From contig JAFGCK010000053.1 in assembly GCA_016932675.1 (NCBI GenBank), positions 4,748 through 68,747 on the forward strand: a stretch of 64,000 nt of DNA. The letters are read 5' to 3'. Positions 31,901-41,785 of this stretch are shown here, in pieces (position 1 is the first letter of the stretch; the number at the start of each line of letters is the position of its first letter). The translations under genes and the position numbers were made by a program. This stretch comes from Methanosarcinaceae archaeon (GTDB lineage Archaea > Halobacteriota > Methanosarcinia > Methanosarcinales > Methanosarcinaceae). A model generated the notes under the pieces. The model was not told where the DNA came from, made no database searches, and saw nothing but the letters and a program-made list of their open reading frames with translations.

Positions 31901-33115
31901 TTGAGAAACATTACAGTAGAAGATTTCAGGGCGCCATGTGTGGCAGCACAGCATCTTGAGATAGTTGAAAGAAAGGGGCTTGGGCATCCTGACAGTATCT
32001 GTGATGCAATAATGGACAGTATATCTGTAAGGCTCTCAGAAGAATATCTTCAGGAGTTCGGGCAGATCCTGCATCATAACATAGATAAATGCCTGCTCGT
32101 GGCCGGGGAGGTGACAGGTATTTTCGGAGGAGGAATGGTCGTGGACCCCATGCTTATGGTAATAGGTGACCGTGCTACTTTCTCTGCAGAAGGGAAAGAG
32201 ATCGATGTTGATAATATTGCCATGGACACTTCCAGGCGCTGGTTCGATGAGAACCTGCGATTCGTTGAACCCGGATCAGTGGAGTATCAGGTGGAACTGA
32301 AGCCAGGTTCTGCGGAACTGACAGATATCTTCAGAAGGGGGGATGGGATCCTGGGTGCCAATGATACCTCTGCTGCAGTGGGATATGCCCCTCTTTCCTT
32401 TACAGAGAGGATGGTGCTGGACACTGAGAGATACCTTAATTCAGCTGACTTCAAGGACGAACATCCGGAGTCCGGAGAGGATGTCAAGGTAATGGGTGTA
32501 AGGAAGGGAACTGATCTTGACCTGACGTTTGCCATGCCTATAGTTGACCGTTTCCTTGAATCCGAAGACCATTACTTCAGCATGAAGAACGAGCTTATGG
32601 ATGCTATCGGGAATTTCATGTCCTCTTACGTGGAGGAGAAAGGAGTTTCAATGGACGCCACATTCTCGCTGAACAATCTTGATATGCCGGGCAGGGGAAT
32701 GAAGGGGATATATACCACTGTCACAGGTACGTCCGCCGAGGGTGCGGATTGCGGGCAGGTGGGCCGTGGTAACAGGGTCAACGGCATCATCCCGCTGAAC
32801 CGGCCTGTGAGCAGCGAGGCTGCAGCCGGGAAGAATCCGGTCAGTCATGTGGGGAAGATATACAACGCTCTTTCGCACCGCATAGCTGATCGTATCTACA
32901 GCAATGTGCCTGATGTGGAGGAAGCATATGTCTGGCTCCTGAGCGACATAGGTGCTCCGATCGACCAGCCGAAGGTGGCTGCAGCACAGATAATCATGAA
33001 TAAAGGTACCATAGATTCGGTAAAGGACGAGGTTACTGAAGTGATGGAAAACGAACTGGGAAATATAAGGGAATTCACCATGGAACTTGCCAGAGGCATG
33101 GTCCCACTGTACTGA
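31901..33115 (+). CDS. mat: Archaeal S-adenosylmethionine synthetase
   Basis: 404 aa; VERKGLGHPDSICD, ANDTS, GEDVKVMG, GKNPVSHVGKIYN. Confidence 0.95.
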   Translation: MRNITVEDFRAPCVAAQHLEIVERKGLGHPDSICDAIMDSISVRLSEEYLQEFGQILHHNIDKCLLVAGEVTGIFGGGMVVDPMLMVIGDRATFSAEGKEIDVDNIAMDTSRRWFDENLRFVEPGSVEYQVELKPGSAELTDIFRRGDGILGANDTSAAVGYAPLSFTERMVLDTERYLNSADFKDEHPESGEDVKVMGVRKGTDLDLTFAMPIVDRFLESEDHYFSMKNELMDAIGNFMSSYVEEKGVSMDATFSLNNLDMPGRGMKGIYTTVTGTSAEGADCGQVGRGNRVNGIIPLNRPVSSEAAAGKNPVSHVGKIYNALSHRIADRIYSNVPDVEEAYVWLLSDIGAPIDQPKVAAAQIIMNKGTIDSVKDEVTEVMENELGNIREFTMELARGMVPLY

Positions 33116-33967
33116 TCAGGCGCCTGCAATGAATGATAGCAGTGCAAAGGCCATTGCCATCTTGAACATCCGGGAAGACTTTCCCGGATCTCCTTTTCCC
33201 AGGATCTCGCAGACCGCTATCACAAACAACAGGTCCGCAACGGCCACAAGCAAAAGGTACCTTATACTCATAAAGGACTGCAAATAGGGCAGCGGGCTTG
33301 CCAGCACGGCAATAAGACCTATGATAGCTGCAAGGTAAGCGGATCTTTTCTGTCCTATGACAATGGGCAGTGTACGCGCGCCATCCATTTTGTCTCCCTC
33401 GGTATCCTCAATGTCCTTTACGATCTCCCTGGCAACCGTTGCAAGGGTTGCAAGCAGGAAAAGCACGAATACACTTTCAAGTCCTCCGTTTTCAAAGAAC
33501 ACAGCTCCCCCGAAGAGGAATGTGGAACCTGTAAGATATCCTACTGCCAGGTTTCCCACAAATGCCGTACGCTTGAGCACCTTTGCATAGTATATCAACA
33601 GCAGGGAATTGGCAAGTGCTATGATACCACAGACCGGATTGATCAGGAATGCAAAAAGCGTTCCGATGGAAAAAAGTGCAAGTGAGAAGTAAAGGGCAAC
33701 TGTCAGGCCGATCCTGCCGGAGGGTATTGGCCTTTCAGGTTTGTTGACGCGGTCGATCTCAATGTCAAAGTAGTCATTTATGGCGTTTCCCGCACCGGTA
33801 ACCATAAACACTGTCATGAAAACGAGCAATGACCCGTACAAGGGAACAGGAACACTTCCGTAACTGTTCGATATGAGAATATTGTAGGCAATGAACACAC
33901 CAATGGTTGCGGCTATTGCAGCCATGGCGCAGTTCCCGGCCCGTATCAGCTCAAGATATGCATTCAT
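33116..33967 (-). CDS. Digeranylgeranylglyceryl phosphate synthase (UbiA family)
   Basis: 283 aa; [37 protein letters not shown]. Confidence 0.9.
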   Translation of the reverse strand: MNAYLELIRAGNCAMAAIAATIGVFIAYNILISNSYGSVPVPLYGSLLVFMTVFMVTGAGNAINDYFDIEIDRVNKPERPIPSGRIGLTVALYFSLALFSIGTLFAFLINPVCGIIALANSLLLIYYAKVLKRTAFVGNLAVGYLTGSTFLFGGAVFFENGGLESVFVLFLLATLATVAREIVKDIEDTEGDKMDGARTLPIVIGQKRSAYLAAIIGLIAVLASPLPYLQSFMSIRYLLLVAVADLLFVIAVCEILGKGDPGKSSRMFKMAMAFALLSFIAGA

Positions 33968-33971
33968 GATC

Positions 33972-34898
33972 TTACAGGACCTGCCTGCTTCTTTTTACCG
34001 CAAGCATCCTGTCAAGTGCAAGCTTTGCTTTCACTCTCACATCTTCAGGAACTGTAATGACATGTTGCATCCTCTCAAGGGACAGGAGCAGGGCATCAAG
34101 GTCAATGGCCTTCATATCAGGGCATACCGCAAATTCCGATGTACAATAGAATCTCTTTTCGGGATTGTCTTTCTTCAGCTTGTGCAGGATGCCATTTTCC
34201 GTGGCTATGATGAATTCCCCTGATGCAGACCTTCTGGCATATTCCAGCATTCCGGTGGTGCTGAACACCCTGTCAGACATCTCAAGTACATCCCTGCGGC
34301 ATTCGGGATGTGCAAGTACTTCCGCCCCGGGGTGTGCCTTCTTCACGCGTGCCAGGTCGCTGACCAGTATATGGTTGTGGGTAGGGCAGTAGCCTTTCCA
34401 CGGAATTATCCTTTTAGTGCTGTTCTGGGCCACGTAGTCAGCGAGATTCTTATCAGGCACAAAGAGTATCTCTTCATCATCAAGGGAATTGACAACTTCA
34501 ACTGCGTTTGCTGAGGTGCAGCAGATATCGCTCTCTGCCTTCACCTCTGCGGTGGAGTTCACGTAACAGACAACCGCAGCATTCGGGTATTTCTTCTTCT
34601 CAGCCCTTAATGCCTCTGCCGTCACCATGGAGGCCATGGGACAGCCTGCATTTATCTCTGGTAATAGTACTGTCTTGTCGGGGCTCAGTATGGCTGCGCT
34701 TTCTGCCATGAAATGAACTCCACAGAACACTATGAAATCCGCGTCCTGCTGAACAGCCTGCTGGCTGAGTCCCAGGGAATCACCGGTAAAATCAGCGATG
34801 TCCTGGATCTCGCCCCTTTCATAGTTATGAGCCAGTATAACGGCGTTTTTCCTGGCCTTAAGTTCTTTTATCTTGTTAATGATGTGTGTATTCTGCAT
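33972..34898 (-). CDS. nadA: Quinolinate synthase
   Basis: 308 aa; [32 protein letters not shown]. Confidence 0.96.
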   Translation of the reverse strand: MQNTHIINKIKELKARKNAVILAHNYERGEIQDIADFTGDSLGLSQQAVQQDADFIVFCGVHFMAESAAILSPDKTVLLPEINAGCPMASMVTAEALRAEKKKYPNAAVVCYVNSTAEVKAESDICCTSANAVEVVNSLDDEEILFVPDKNLADYVAQNSTKRIIPWKGYCPTHNHILVSDLARVKKAHPGAEVLAHPECRRDVLEMSDRVFSTTGMLEYARRSASGEFIIATENGILHKLKKDNPEKRFYCTSEFAVCPDMKAIDLDALLLSLERMQHVITVPEDVRVKAKLALDRMLAVKRSRQVL

Positions 34899-34982
34899 CT
34901 GATCACCAATGAACGATCTGTTCCTGAAAGCAGTTGCAATTTTCCGGTATGCCTGCCATGTGATCAGGACGGTCCTTTACCT

Positions 34983-35798
34983 TTAAGTTCCTATCTGGAA
35001 AGGATCCGATATCTTCCTGAGTGTGGCAATTGCAGATAGCAGTGCAAGGTAACTGCTTCTGGGATTTGCCGGGGAAGGTATGTTCTCGACCCTTGTGGTA
35101 AACTCCCCAAAGGCACCTTCCACCGTTATCTCATGGATGTTGCGTGTCAGTGCCGGGTTGGCAACTATCCTTACCTTCGTCTTCTCAAAGCCAAGGCCTG
35201 CAAGGCTTAAAGTCGCTGCTACGTTCACATTTGCAGGAAAAGCCCTCACTGCCTCACTTGCGGGTCCTTCGAACAGAACGGTCTTGCCTGTGATCTTATC
35301 AAGTTCTATCTTGTTCCTGATCACGAAGGGTGCACCTGCAAGCCCTCCCGGGGGTTTTTGCGTGGTCAGGGTAACGGAATATACCTCCTCTGCAGAAGCA
35401 GACTTGAGCCCGTCAAGACCCACTATGGCACCGGATGGCAAATATACTTTGCAGTTATTGTCCCTGGCAAGGCTCTCTATGGTCCTGCGCAATTTTTCGT
35501 CTGCCAGGGCTCCAACGCTCATGATCATTACATCACAATGTGCGAGAAGGGCCACTGGTATCACTTTATAGACAGCTTCCTGTGAGGCGCACTCTACAAG
35601 CAGGTCTATTTGCTTGACCATGTCAATTATTTCCAGTATGTCGGGTCTGCAACTTTTCAGTGAACTCTTCAGCTTATCAGCATCTGCTGCATTCCTGTCA
35701 TAGATGGCAACCAGTTCTGCTTTGATGCTTCCCCCATCAATGGCCCTGCATATGCCCGTACCGATGGTCCCACAGCCTATCACTCCAATTCTAAGCAT
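34983..35798 (-). CDS. nadX: L-aspartate dehydrogenase
   Basis: IGCGTIG, ECAS, PSGAIVGLD, FPANVNVAA; located between nadA and nadC. Confidence 0.92.
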   Translation of the reverse strand: MLRIGVIGCGTIGTGICRAIDGGSIKAELVAIYDRNAADADKLKSSLKSCRPDILEIIDMVKQIDLLVECASQEAVYKVIPVALLAHCDVMIMSVGALADEKLRRTIESLARDNNCKVYLPSGAIVGLDGLKSASAEEVYSVTLTTQKPPGGLAGAPFVIRNKIELDKITGKTVLFEGPASEAVRAFPANVNVAATLSLAGLGFEKTKVRIVANPALTRNIHEITVEGAFGEFTTRVENIPSPANPRSSYLALLSAIATLRKISDPFQIGT

Positions 35799-35925
35799 TC
35801 TGTTCTCCTGGAATTGCACAGTTGATTGTTATTTTCATACTGCTTATATTAATCGCTTAAGTAGATTTTCCTTATACACTGAAAGCATATAAATCTCTTG
35901 AAGGTAATTACTGCGGGGTGAAAGG

Positions 35926-36747
35926 ATGCTGACATCTGAAATCGAACATTATCTCAGGGAGGACATTGGCTATAACGATGTCTCCTGTACTCTGGTCCCT
36001 GACAGAGAGGTGAATGCTGTTATTTTCACTAAAGAGGATTGCATCCTTGCAGGGCTTGATGTTGCAATGTCCTTTTTCGATCATCTCGGGATAGATGCTC
36101 AAACCCAGCACCTGCAAGGTGATTCTTTAAGAAAGGGCGATGTTATCTTTTCCCTTCAGGGCAGTTCCATATCCATACTCCGGGCTGAGCGTGTGGTGCT
36201 CAATTTCCTGGGTCATCTGTGCGGTATTGCTACACTTACCCGCAGATGTGTCGATACGGTCAGGAAGTTCTCGGATGCAAGGGTAGCATGTACGAGAAAG
36301 ACCACACCGGGCCTGCGTGAGTATGAGAAGATGGCCGTGATCGCAGGAGGTGGCGACCCTCATCGCTTCAACCTGTCGGATGCTGTGATGATAAAGGACA
36401 ATCATATCAAAATGATGGGTATCGAGCCTGCTATTCTTTCCGCGCGGAAAAAGGCGAGCTTTACCCAGAAGATAGAGGTGGAAGTGGAATCCACCGGGGA
36501 TGCACTGCTGGCTGCAGGACTTGGAGCGGATATCATTATGCTTGATAATATGGACCCAGATGCTGTAAAAGATACAATGGCGTCCCTGAGGAAGGCAGGT
36601 ATCCCGGAACACGTGATCATAGAGGTTTCAGGAGGCATTACCCCTGAGAACCTGGAAGAATATGCAAGGACTGGTGTTCATGTGATCTCAATGGGCTCTC
36701 TCATACACCGGTCCCGCTGGGTTGACATAAGTCTTGAATTTATGTGA
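35926..36747 (+). CDS. nadC: Quinolinate phosphoribosyltransferase
   Basis: 273 aa; CTRKTTPG, HRFNLSD, IKDNH, EVEV, MLDN, SGGI. Confidence 0.96.
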   Translation: MLTSEIEHYLREDIGYNDVSCTLVPDREVNAVIFTKEDCILAGLDVAMSFFDHLGIDAQTQHLQGDSLRKGDVIFSLQGSSISILRAERVVLNFLGHLCGIATLTRRCVDTVRKFSDARVACTRKTTPGLREYEKMAVIAGGGDPHRFNLSDAVMIKDNHIKMMGIEPAILSARKKASFTQKIEVEVESTGDALLAAGLGADIIMLDNMDPDAVKDTMASLRKAGIPEHVIIEVSGGITPENLEEYARTGVHVISMGSLIHRSRWVDISLEFM

Positions 36748-36870
36748 CAGGGGGCAGAGGCAACATAGTAAAAGTATTGCTGAGCGCCTAATCATAAGGT
36801 TTATATTAAACACCATATATTTATCACACAATGCAAATTATAGTTCGAATATCCGATTAACTGAGGGAAT

Positions 36871-38139
36871 ATGCTTCATTTTAGGAAAACATTAACAATC
36901 GCATCTCTGCTCATGTTTTTCATATTGGTTTCTGCAGGTGGTGCCTCCGGTAAAGTACTGTACAACGACACAATAGATGAGGGCGACGGCTACCAGATCA
37001 ATGATTATGTCATCGATGTGGCTGAAGTGGTCCCTCAACATGAGACTGTGTTCATCAACATATATGAAGGTGACAGTGATGACCCCAGGTATGAAAAGCT
37101 GATCTCGGTTGGCAGTTCTTTCGAGTTCGGACTGGAAGGGGAGAATGTGGATATAACTGTTATATCTGTATATTCAAGTGAGATACCCAGGGCTAAATTA
37201 GCAATAACGATCACAGATGATGATATCATAAACAGCAGAACTCTGGGTGTTGTTGAAGGAGGTCACAGTGAAGCAGAACTATCCACCACTCCTGTATTAG
37301 CAATAAACAAGGTTGTTGATAAGAGCAATATGAATGTTGGGGATGTTGTCCGTGTAACTGTCACGGTGGAAAACACAGGTGATGGTGATGCGTTTGATGT
37401 TATTTTCTCAGATCCCCCTCAGGAAAAATTCATACTGGTCGATGATATTCTTGGTTCACCTGGCAAGGTTGATATCTCTATAGATGACCCGGTTAAGAAA
37501 ATATATGTATATGACATGAAAGCCACAGAGGCAGGAACATTTTCCCTGAACCCCACGACTGCCATTTTTACTAATTCCATAGGAGAGTCTTTCCCGATGG
37601 CATCTTCGAATCAGCCCACTGTGATCGTAGAGGGCTCGGCTGATCAGGTAAGTGCCTCCCTTGAAGTTGAAATGGAGCTTGATAGTTATACAGTTGACAG
37701 GAACGAAGACCTGCACGGTACTATCAGTATCAGGAATGTCGGCGATGCTCCTGCAAGTGCTGTTAATATCAATATGATCATTCCGGAGGGTCTTGAGTAT
37801 AAGGGGGATGATCCTTCCATAGAGATCATCTCTGGTGTCCCGACCGTATACCTTGATTCCTTTGGCATACAGCAGGAGAAAGAGTTTTCGTTCAAGGTGA
37901 AAGCAAAAGAGGTGGGGACCTATACACTTTCACTTGAGAACTCGTATCTTTACAATGATGGGATCAATTCCCGGATGCAGTCTGCAAGTTCTGACCTTAT
38001 GACAAACAGGATATATGTGACAAAAGGGAAATATGACTATCTTTTTGAGCAGCCGGTCTATGTCTACCTGGTCCCCCTGCTTATAATAGGAGCAATCGCA
38101 GGCTGGATATACCACAGGCATAAACAATACAAGTTCTGA
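36871..38139 (+). CDS. Membrane-anchored surface protein with DUF11/BatD-like Ig repeats
   Basis: 422 aa; signal peptide, VTVENTGDGDA and IRNVGDAPA repeats, C-terminal TM plus basic tail. Confidence 0.75.
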   Translation: MLHFRKTLTIASLLMFFILVSAGGASGKVLYNDTIDEGDGYQINDYVIDVAEVVPQHETVFINIYEGDSDDPRYEKLISVGSSFEFGLEGENVDITVISVYSSEIPRAKLAITITDDDIINSRTLGVVEGGHSEAELSTTPVLAINKVVDKSNMNVGDVVRVTVTVENTGDGDAFDVIFSDPPQEKFILVDDILGSPGKVDISIDDPVKKIYVYDMKATEAGTFSLNPTTAIFTNSIGESFPMASSNQPTVIVEGSADQVSASLEVEMELDSYTVDRNEDLHGTISIRNVGDAPASAVNINMIIPEGLEYKGDDPSIEIISGVPTVYLDSFGIQQEKEFSFKVKAKEVGTYTLSLENSYLYNDGINSRMQSASSDLMTNRIYVTKGKYDYLFEQPVYVYLVPLLIIGAIAGWIYHRHKQYKF

Positions 38140-38214
38140 CAGGTTCGATCTGTAAAAGCTTAAGTTTATAATGTATAATATTCATAATATTTAATTCAGA
38201 TAAGGAGGACTTAG

Positions 38215-39321
38215 TTGCTCAACGTACTTATCATCGGAAACGGTCAGTGTGGAAACCGTATACTTGATGCTATCAACAGGGAGGCTTTTGGCAAAAAGAG
38301 CCGGTTTGCCAAGTTCTACTCCCAGCAAAAATATAAAAGCAATGTTCAGACCATTGCTATCAACACTGCGATAAACGACCTCAGGGAGATGAAATTCACA
38401 AAGGCCAGGGACAGGATCCATATACCTCACCTGCATGGTGTCGGCGCTAACAGGAACGTTGGAAAACACGTCTTTGAGGATAACAAGGCCCATATCATGA
38501 AACATGTAGAGGAGCGGGGTAACTTCGATGTTGCATTCATCCTCACTTCTGCATCCGGGGGTACTGGTTCATCGTTCACGCCTCTGCTGATCAAAGAGTT
38601 CAAACAGAGGTTCGATTTCCCTGTCTATGCCCTTGTAGTCCTGCCTTTCAGGGAAGAAGGCACCCTTTACCTGCAGAACGCCGCTTTCTGTCTCAGGGAT
38701 ATACGTGAGAGCGGTGTGGACGGCATTATCCTTGCTGATAACCAGTTCCTCAAGCAAATGGGAGGAAATGTTGAATCCGCCTACAATGGCATCAATGACA
38801 AGATCGCAAGGCGCCTTCTGTTCCTGCTGGATGCCCTGGATAGTGAAATGATGATGGTCACTGACCTTGGTGATTTCAAGACGGTGATGAATGGCGGCGC
38901 GGGGCTGGCTACTATCGGCTTCTATGAGGCCGATTCCGAAATACCTATCAAGAGCGCTATAAGAAAGGCCCTGTCCCCCACAGGCCTGCTGTTCTCAACG
39001 GACGTGTACGAGGAAGCAAGCAGGTCAATGGTTATCATCAAAGGTGACAGGAAATACCTGGGCATTGACGATATCTCATCCGAGGTGGAAAAGCTTTCGG
39101 GTTCTGTAGGTCATGTTTTCAAGGGTATCATCGTGCGAAATGACGAACTCCCCCAGGTGCTTACCGTGCTTACCCTTGAGTCAGCGTCAGAACTCGAGAA
39201 TCTGTACTCCATTGCAGTTGATGCCATAAACTATGAGAAGCAGAAAAAAGAACGTGTCATCAATGAGAAGGAAGTTGATCGTGCCTTTTCGCAGATCGAC
39301 GGCATGGATCCATCTTATTGA
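38215..39321 (+). CDS. Tubulin/FtsZ superfamily GTPase (non-canonical, CetZ-like)
   Basis: 368 aa; TTG start after AGGAGG; GNGQCGN, AINT, SGGTGSS, LPFREEG, TDLGDFKTVM. Confidence 0.85.
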   Translation: MLNVLIIGNGQCGNRILDAINREAFGKKSRFAKFYSQQKYKSNVQTIAINTAINDLREMKFTKARDRIHIPHLHGVGANRNVGKHVFEDNKAHIMKHVEERGNFDVAFILTSASGGTGSSFTPLLIKEFKQRFDFPVYALVVLPFREEGTLYLQNAAFCLRDIRESGVDGIILADNQFLKQMGGNVESAYNGINDKIARRLLFLLDALDSEMMMVTDLGDFKTVMNGGAGLATIGFYEADSEIPIKSAIRKALSPTGLLFSTDVYEEASRSMVIIKGDRKYLGIDDISSEVEKLSGSVGHVFKGIIVRNDELPQVLTVLTLESASELENLYSIAVDAINYEKQKKERVINEKEVDRAFSQIDGMDPSY

Positions 39322-39672
39322 TCCCTCTCTTTCAGATGTTTTTTCAGTACTTTGATGGGATGTCATTTTACGGATCGGATGTACAGAGGTCTATGACCAT
39401 AAGATCCTGCAGATCCAGGAACAACTCCCTTCCGGCATCGCAGTTGTGGATGCACAGAGCCATGTATGCAATATGATGATCGGGGACCCATCAAACTTTC
39501 CTTTAGTTCCTCCTTCTGTTGCAATGGTGCCTCTTGCTCCCCTATATCATATTGAATTGTTCTTTTTGGTGTCCCGGGACTCCTGTAAGAAGATATCCAA
39601 TCAGCTCAGAAAATTCCTTTTTCTGATCAGACAGCATACAATCTTATTCAATATCGATGCTGGTACGCATTC

Positions 39673-39955
39673 ATCTGTGTTTGTCGGTGCAGATCCGTGT
39701 CTTATATAAATCAATCCCAAAATTATTCAAGACACGGATTAACGCAGGATTAACACGGATTTTCCCTTTTACCGGTTTTAGCTTCCGATCTTACCGTGGA
39801 TCTGTGTTGATCGGTGTAAATCTGTGTCTTATGTAAATCAATCCCACAAATATTTCAGACACGGATTAACGCAGGATCTACGCGGATTTTGCCGTTTGCC
39901 GGTTTCAGATCCCGGTATTACCATGAATCCGTGTTAATCGGTGTAAATCTGTGTC
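39673..39955. repeat. 127-bp-period tandem array of alternating inverted arms, each with three ~10-bp ACACNGATTW repeats
   Basis: Arms AGACACGGATTAACGCAGGAT.. start at 39730 and 39857. Near-complementary arms ATC(C/T)GTGTT..TCGGTG..ATC(C/T)GTGTC start at 39673, 39800 and 39927. Confidence 0.9.
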
Positions 39956-40117
39956 CTGAAAGAGATCTGGAAGATCACCGGCTTTAATGAAAAATGACAG
40001 GCCTTTATGCTGAAATCCTGATCAGATCAGCTCTGCCAATGTTGCCACGTCTAAAAAAATAACATACATTGAAATAGTGTAAATTCAAATCTAGCCATAC
40101 TGGAGCCTGTGTTTATC

Positions 40118-40819
40118 ATGAACGGTGAATCAAACATCATTGAGATACGGAACCTTTCAAAGATCTATTCGAATGGTGTGGAGGTGCGTGCTCTGGATGG
40201 TATCGATCTGGATATCAAAAGAGGTGAGTTCCTGTCGGTCATAGGGCCTTCAGGTTCCGGAAAAAGCACCCTGCTGCATATGATAGGTATTCTTGACACG
40301 CCTACAACAGGCACGATCACAATAGATGGTCGTGTCATTACTGAAATGACGGAAAGTGACCGCTCACAGGCACGCAATGAGATACTTGGTTTTGTTTTCC
40401 AGTATCATCATCTGTTACCTGACTTTTCTGCGCTGGAAAATGTAATGATGCCTCTTCTGATCGCCGGGAAAAGCAGGTCTGATGCAAGGAAAATAGCAGA
40501 AGGTCTTCTTAATGATGTAGATCTTGGTGACAGGATGGATCACCGGCCTACCCAGTTGTCCGGAGGGCAGGCCCAGAGGGTTGCAGTTGCCAGGGCACTT
40601 GCAAACGATCCGAGCATTGTTATTGGTGACGAACCCACAGGCAACCTTGATACAAAATCAAGTGATATGATATACGAGCTGCTCAGAAAACTCAACCGTG
40701 AAAAAGGCCAGACCTTCATACTTGTGACACATGACGAAAAAATGGCCAGAAAAACAGACCGCATAATCAGGCTTGTGGATGGCAGGATATTCGAAGACAA
40801 TGATTTTGATCGGGAGTGA
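40118..40819 (+). CDS. LolD/MacB-type ABC ATPase
   Basis: GPSGSGKST, LSGGQAQR, GDEPTGNLD, VTHD. Confidence 0.92.
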   Translation: MNGESNIIEIRNLSKIYSNGVEVRALDGIDLDIKRGEFLSVIGPSGSGKSTLLHMIGILDTPTTGTITIDGRVITEMTESDRSQARNEILGFVFQYHHLLPDFSALENVMMPLLIAGKSRSDARKIAEGLLNDVDLGDRMDHRPTQLSGGQAQRVAVARALANDPSIVIGDEPTGNLDTKSSDMIYELLRKLNREKGQTFILVTHDEKMARKTDRIIRLVDGRIFEDNDFDRE

Positions 40820-40823
40820 ACCT

Positions 40824-41270
40824 ATGGAATATGCAAAAGGATCAATAGGAAGGGTCTTTACCGTACGGTTAGACCACGGGGATGACGTGCTTCACGAACT
40901 GGAGGATCTTGCACTGAAGGAAGATATAAGGTCTGCAATGTTCGTGCTACTTGGAGCTGTCAGAGAGGCAGGTCTGGTTGCAGGGCCAAAGGAGAACAAA
41001 GTTCCTCCGCAGGCTCAGTGGGTAAAAATAAGTGATGTGCACGAGATTTTAGGTGTCGGTAATATATTTTTTGAGCAGGACAGGCCAAGGATACACCTCC
41101 ACTGTGCAGCAGGCAGGGGCATAGCTCCCGTGGTAGGCTGTATGCGGGGTGAAAGCGAGATATTCATGGTCGTCGAGGTCTTCATCCTGGAACTTGCCGG
41201 GATCTTTGCCAGCAGGTCCTTCGATGAAGGCCGGGGATTTGCACCAATAGGCTTTAGTTCAACCGCTTGA
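40824..41270 (+). CDS. PPC/DUF296 domain protein
   Basis: GRVFTVRLDHGDD, LLGAV, EILGVGNI, HLHCAAG; ATG 40824 preferred. Confidence 0.85.
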   Translation: MEYAKGSIGRVFTVRLDHGDDVLHELEDLALKEDIRSAMFVLLGAVREAGLVAGPKENKVPPQAQWVKISDVHEILGVGNIFFEQDRPRIHLHCAAGRGIAPVVGCMRGESEIFMVVEVFILELAGIFASRSFDEGRGFAPIGFSSTA

Positions 41271-41642
41271 GCTTAACTCTTTCAGTTGTTCCAGGGCTTC
41301 TTCGATCTCCCTGTTCTTTCTGAGCACTTCGTTCTCAAAGGTCGAGACAATATGATCAAAAGGCACTATCAGCTTGTAATATTTTAAAGGCCTGCCTTTA
41401 TAACTGTTCTTTTTCTCATTCCTTTCATCGATCCATCCCATGTCCCTGAGCGGACGCATGGCAATACTGACTTCAGGCTGCCTGAGCCCGGATGCTTTTT
41501 CGATGTCCTGTGAAGTCAATTCCTCTCCACAGACCAGACAGGCTATACATATGGATTCTGTTCGGGGTACATTCAATCCTTGCAGTAATTTGATGATCTC
41601 GTATCCTTTGCCGTCTAAAAGATCAATTCCCACAGTTTTCAT
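41259..41642 (-). CDS. Winged-HTH transcriptional regulator
   Basis: 127 aa; TSQDIEKASGLRQPEVSIAMRPL, KGRPLKYYKL. Confidence 0.85.
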   Translation of the reverse strand: MKTVGIDLLDGKGYEIIKLLQGLNVPRTESICIACLVCGEELTSQDIEKASGLRQPEVSIAMRPLRDMGWIDERNEKKNSYKGRPLKYYKLIVPFDHIVSTFENEVLRKNREIEEALEQLKELSSSG

Positions 41643-41785
41643 TTAATCAGTATAATACTTTTAAGTTTATATAATTTGTGTGAATATAAATGTCATTCGT
41701 TATCCCTGCTCAATATTGCATGTGAACGGTAACAATATATACGGTAATTGCAAAGTAGGTGTATAAATTAGTAAGGTGGACCAGG

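Noticed and set aside
39330-39670. Possible decayed ORF on the minus strand next to the last repeat arm
   Set aside because: Only short stop-interrupted fragments; no recognisable family or nuclease motif
39673-39955. Array considered as a CRISPR locus
   Set aside because: Arms alternate in orientation, spacers are homologous to each other, the period is 127 bp and no cas genes are present
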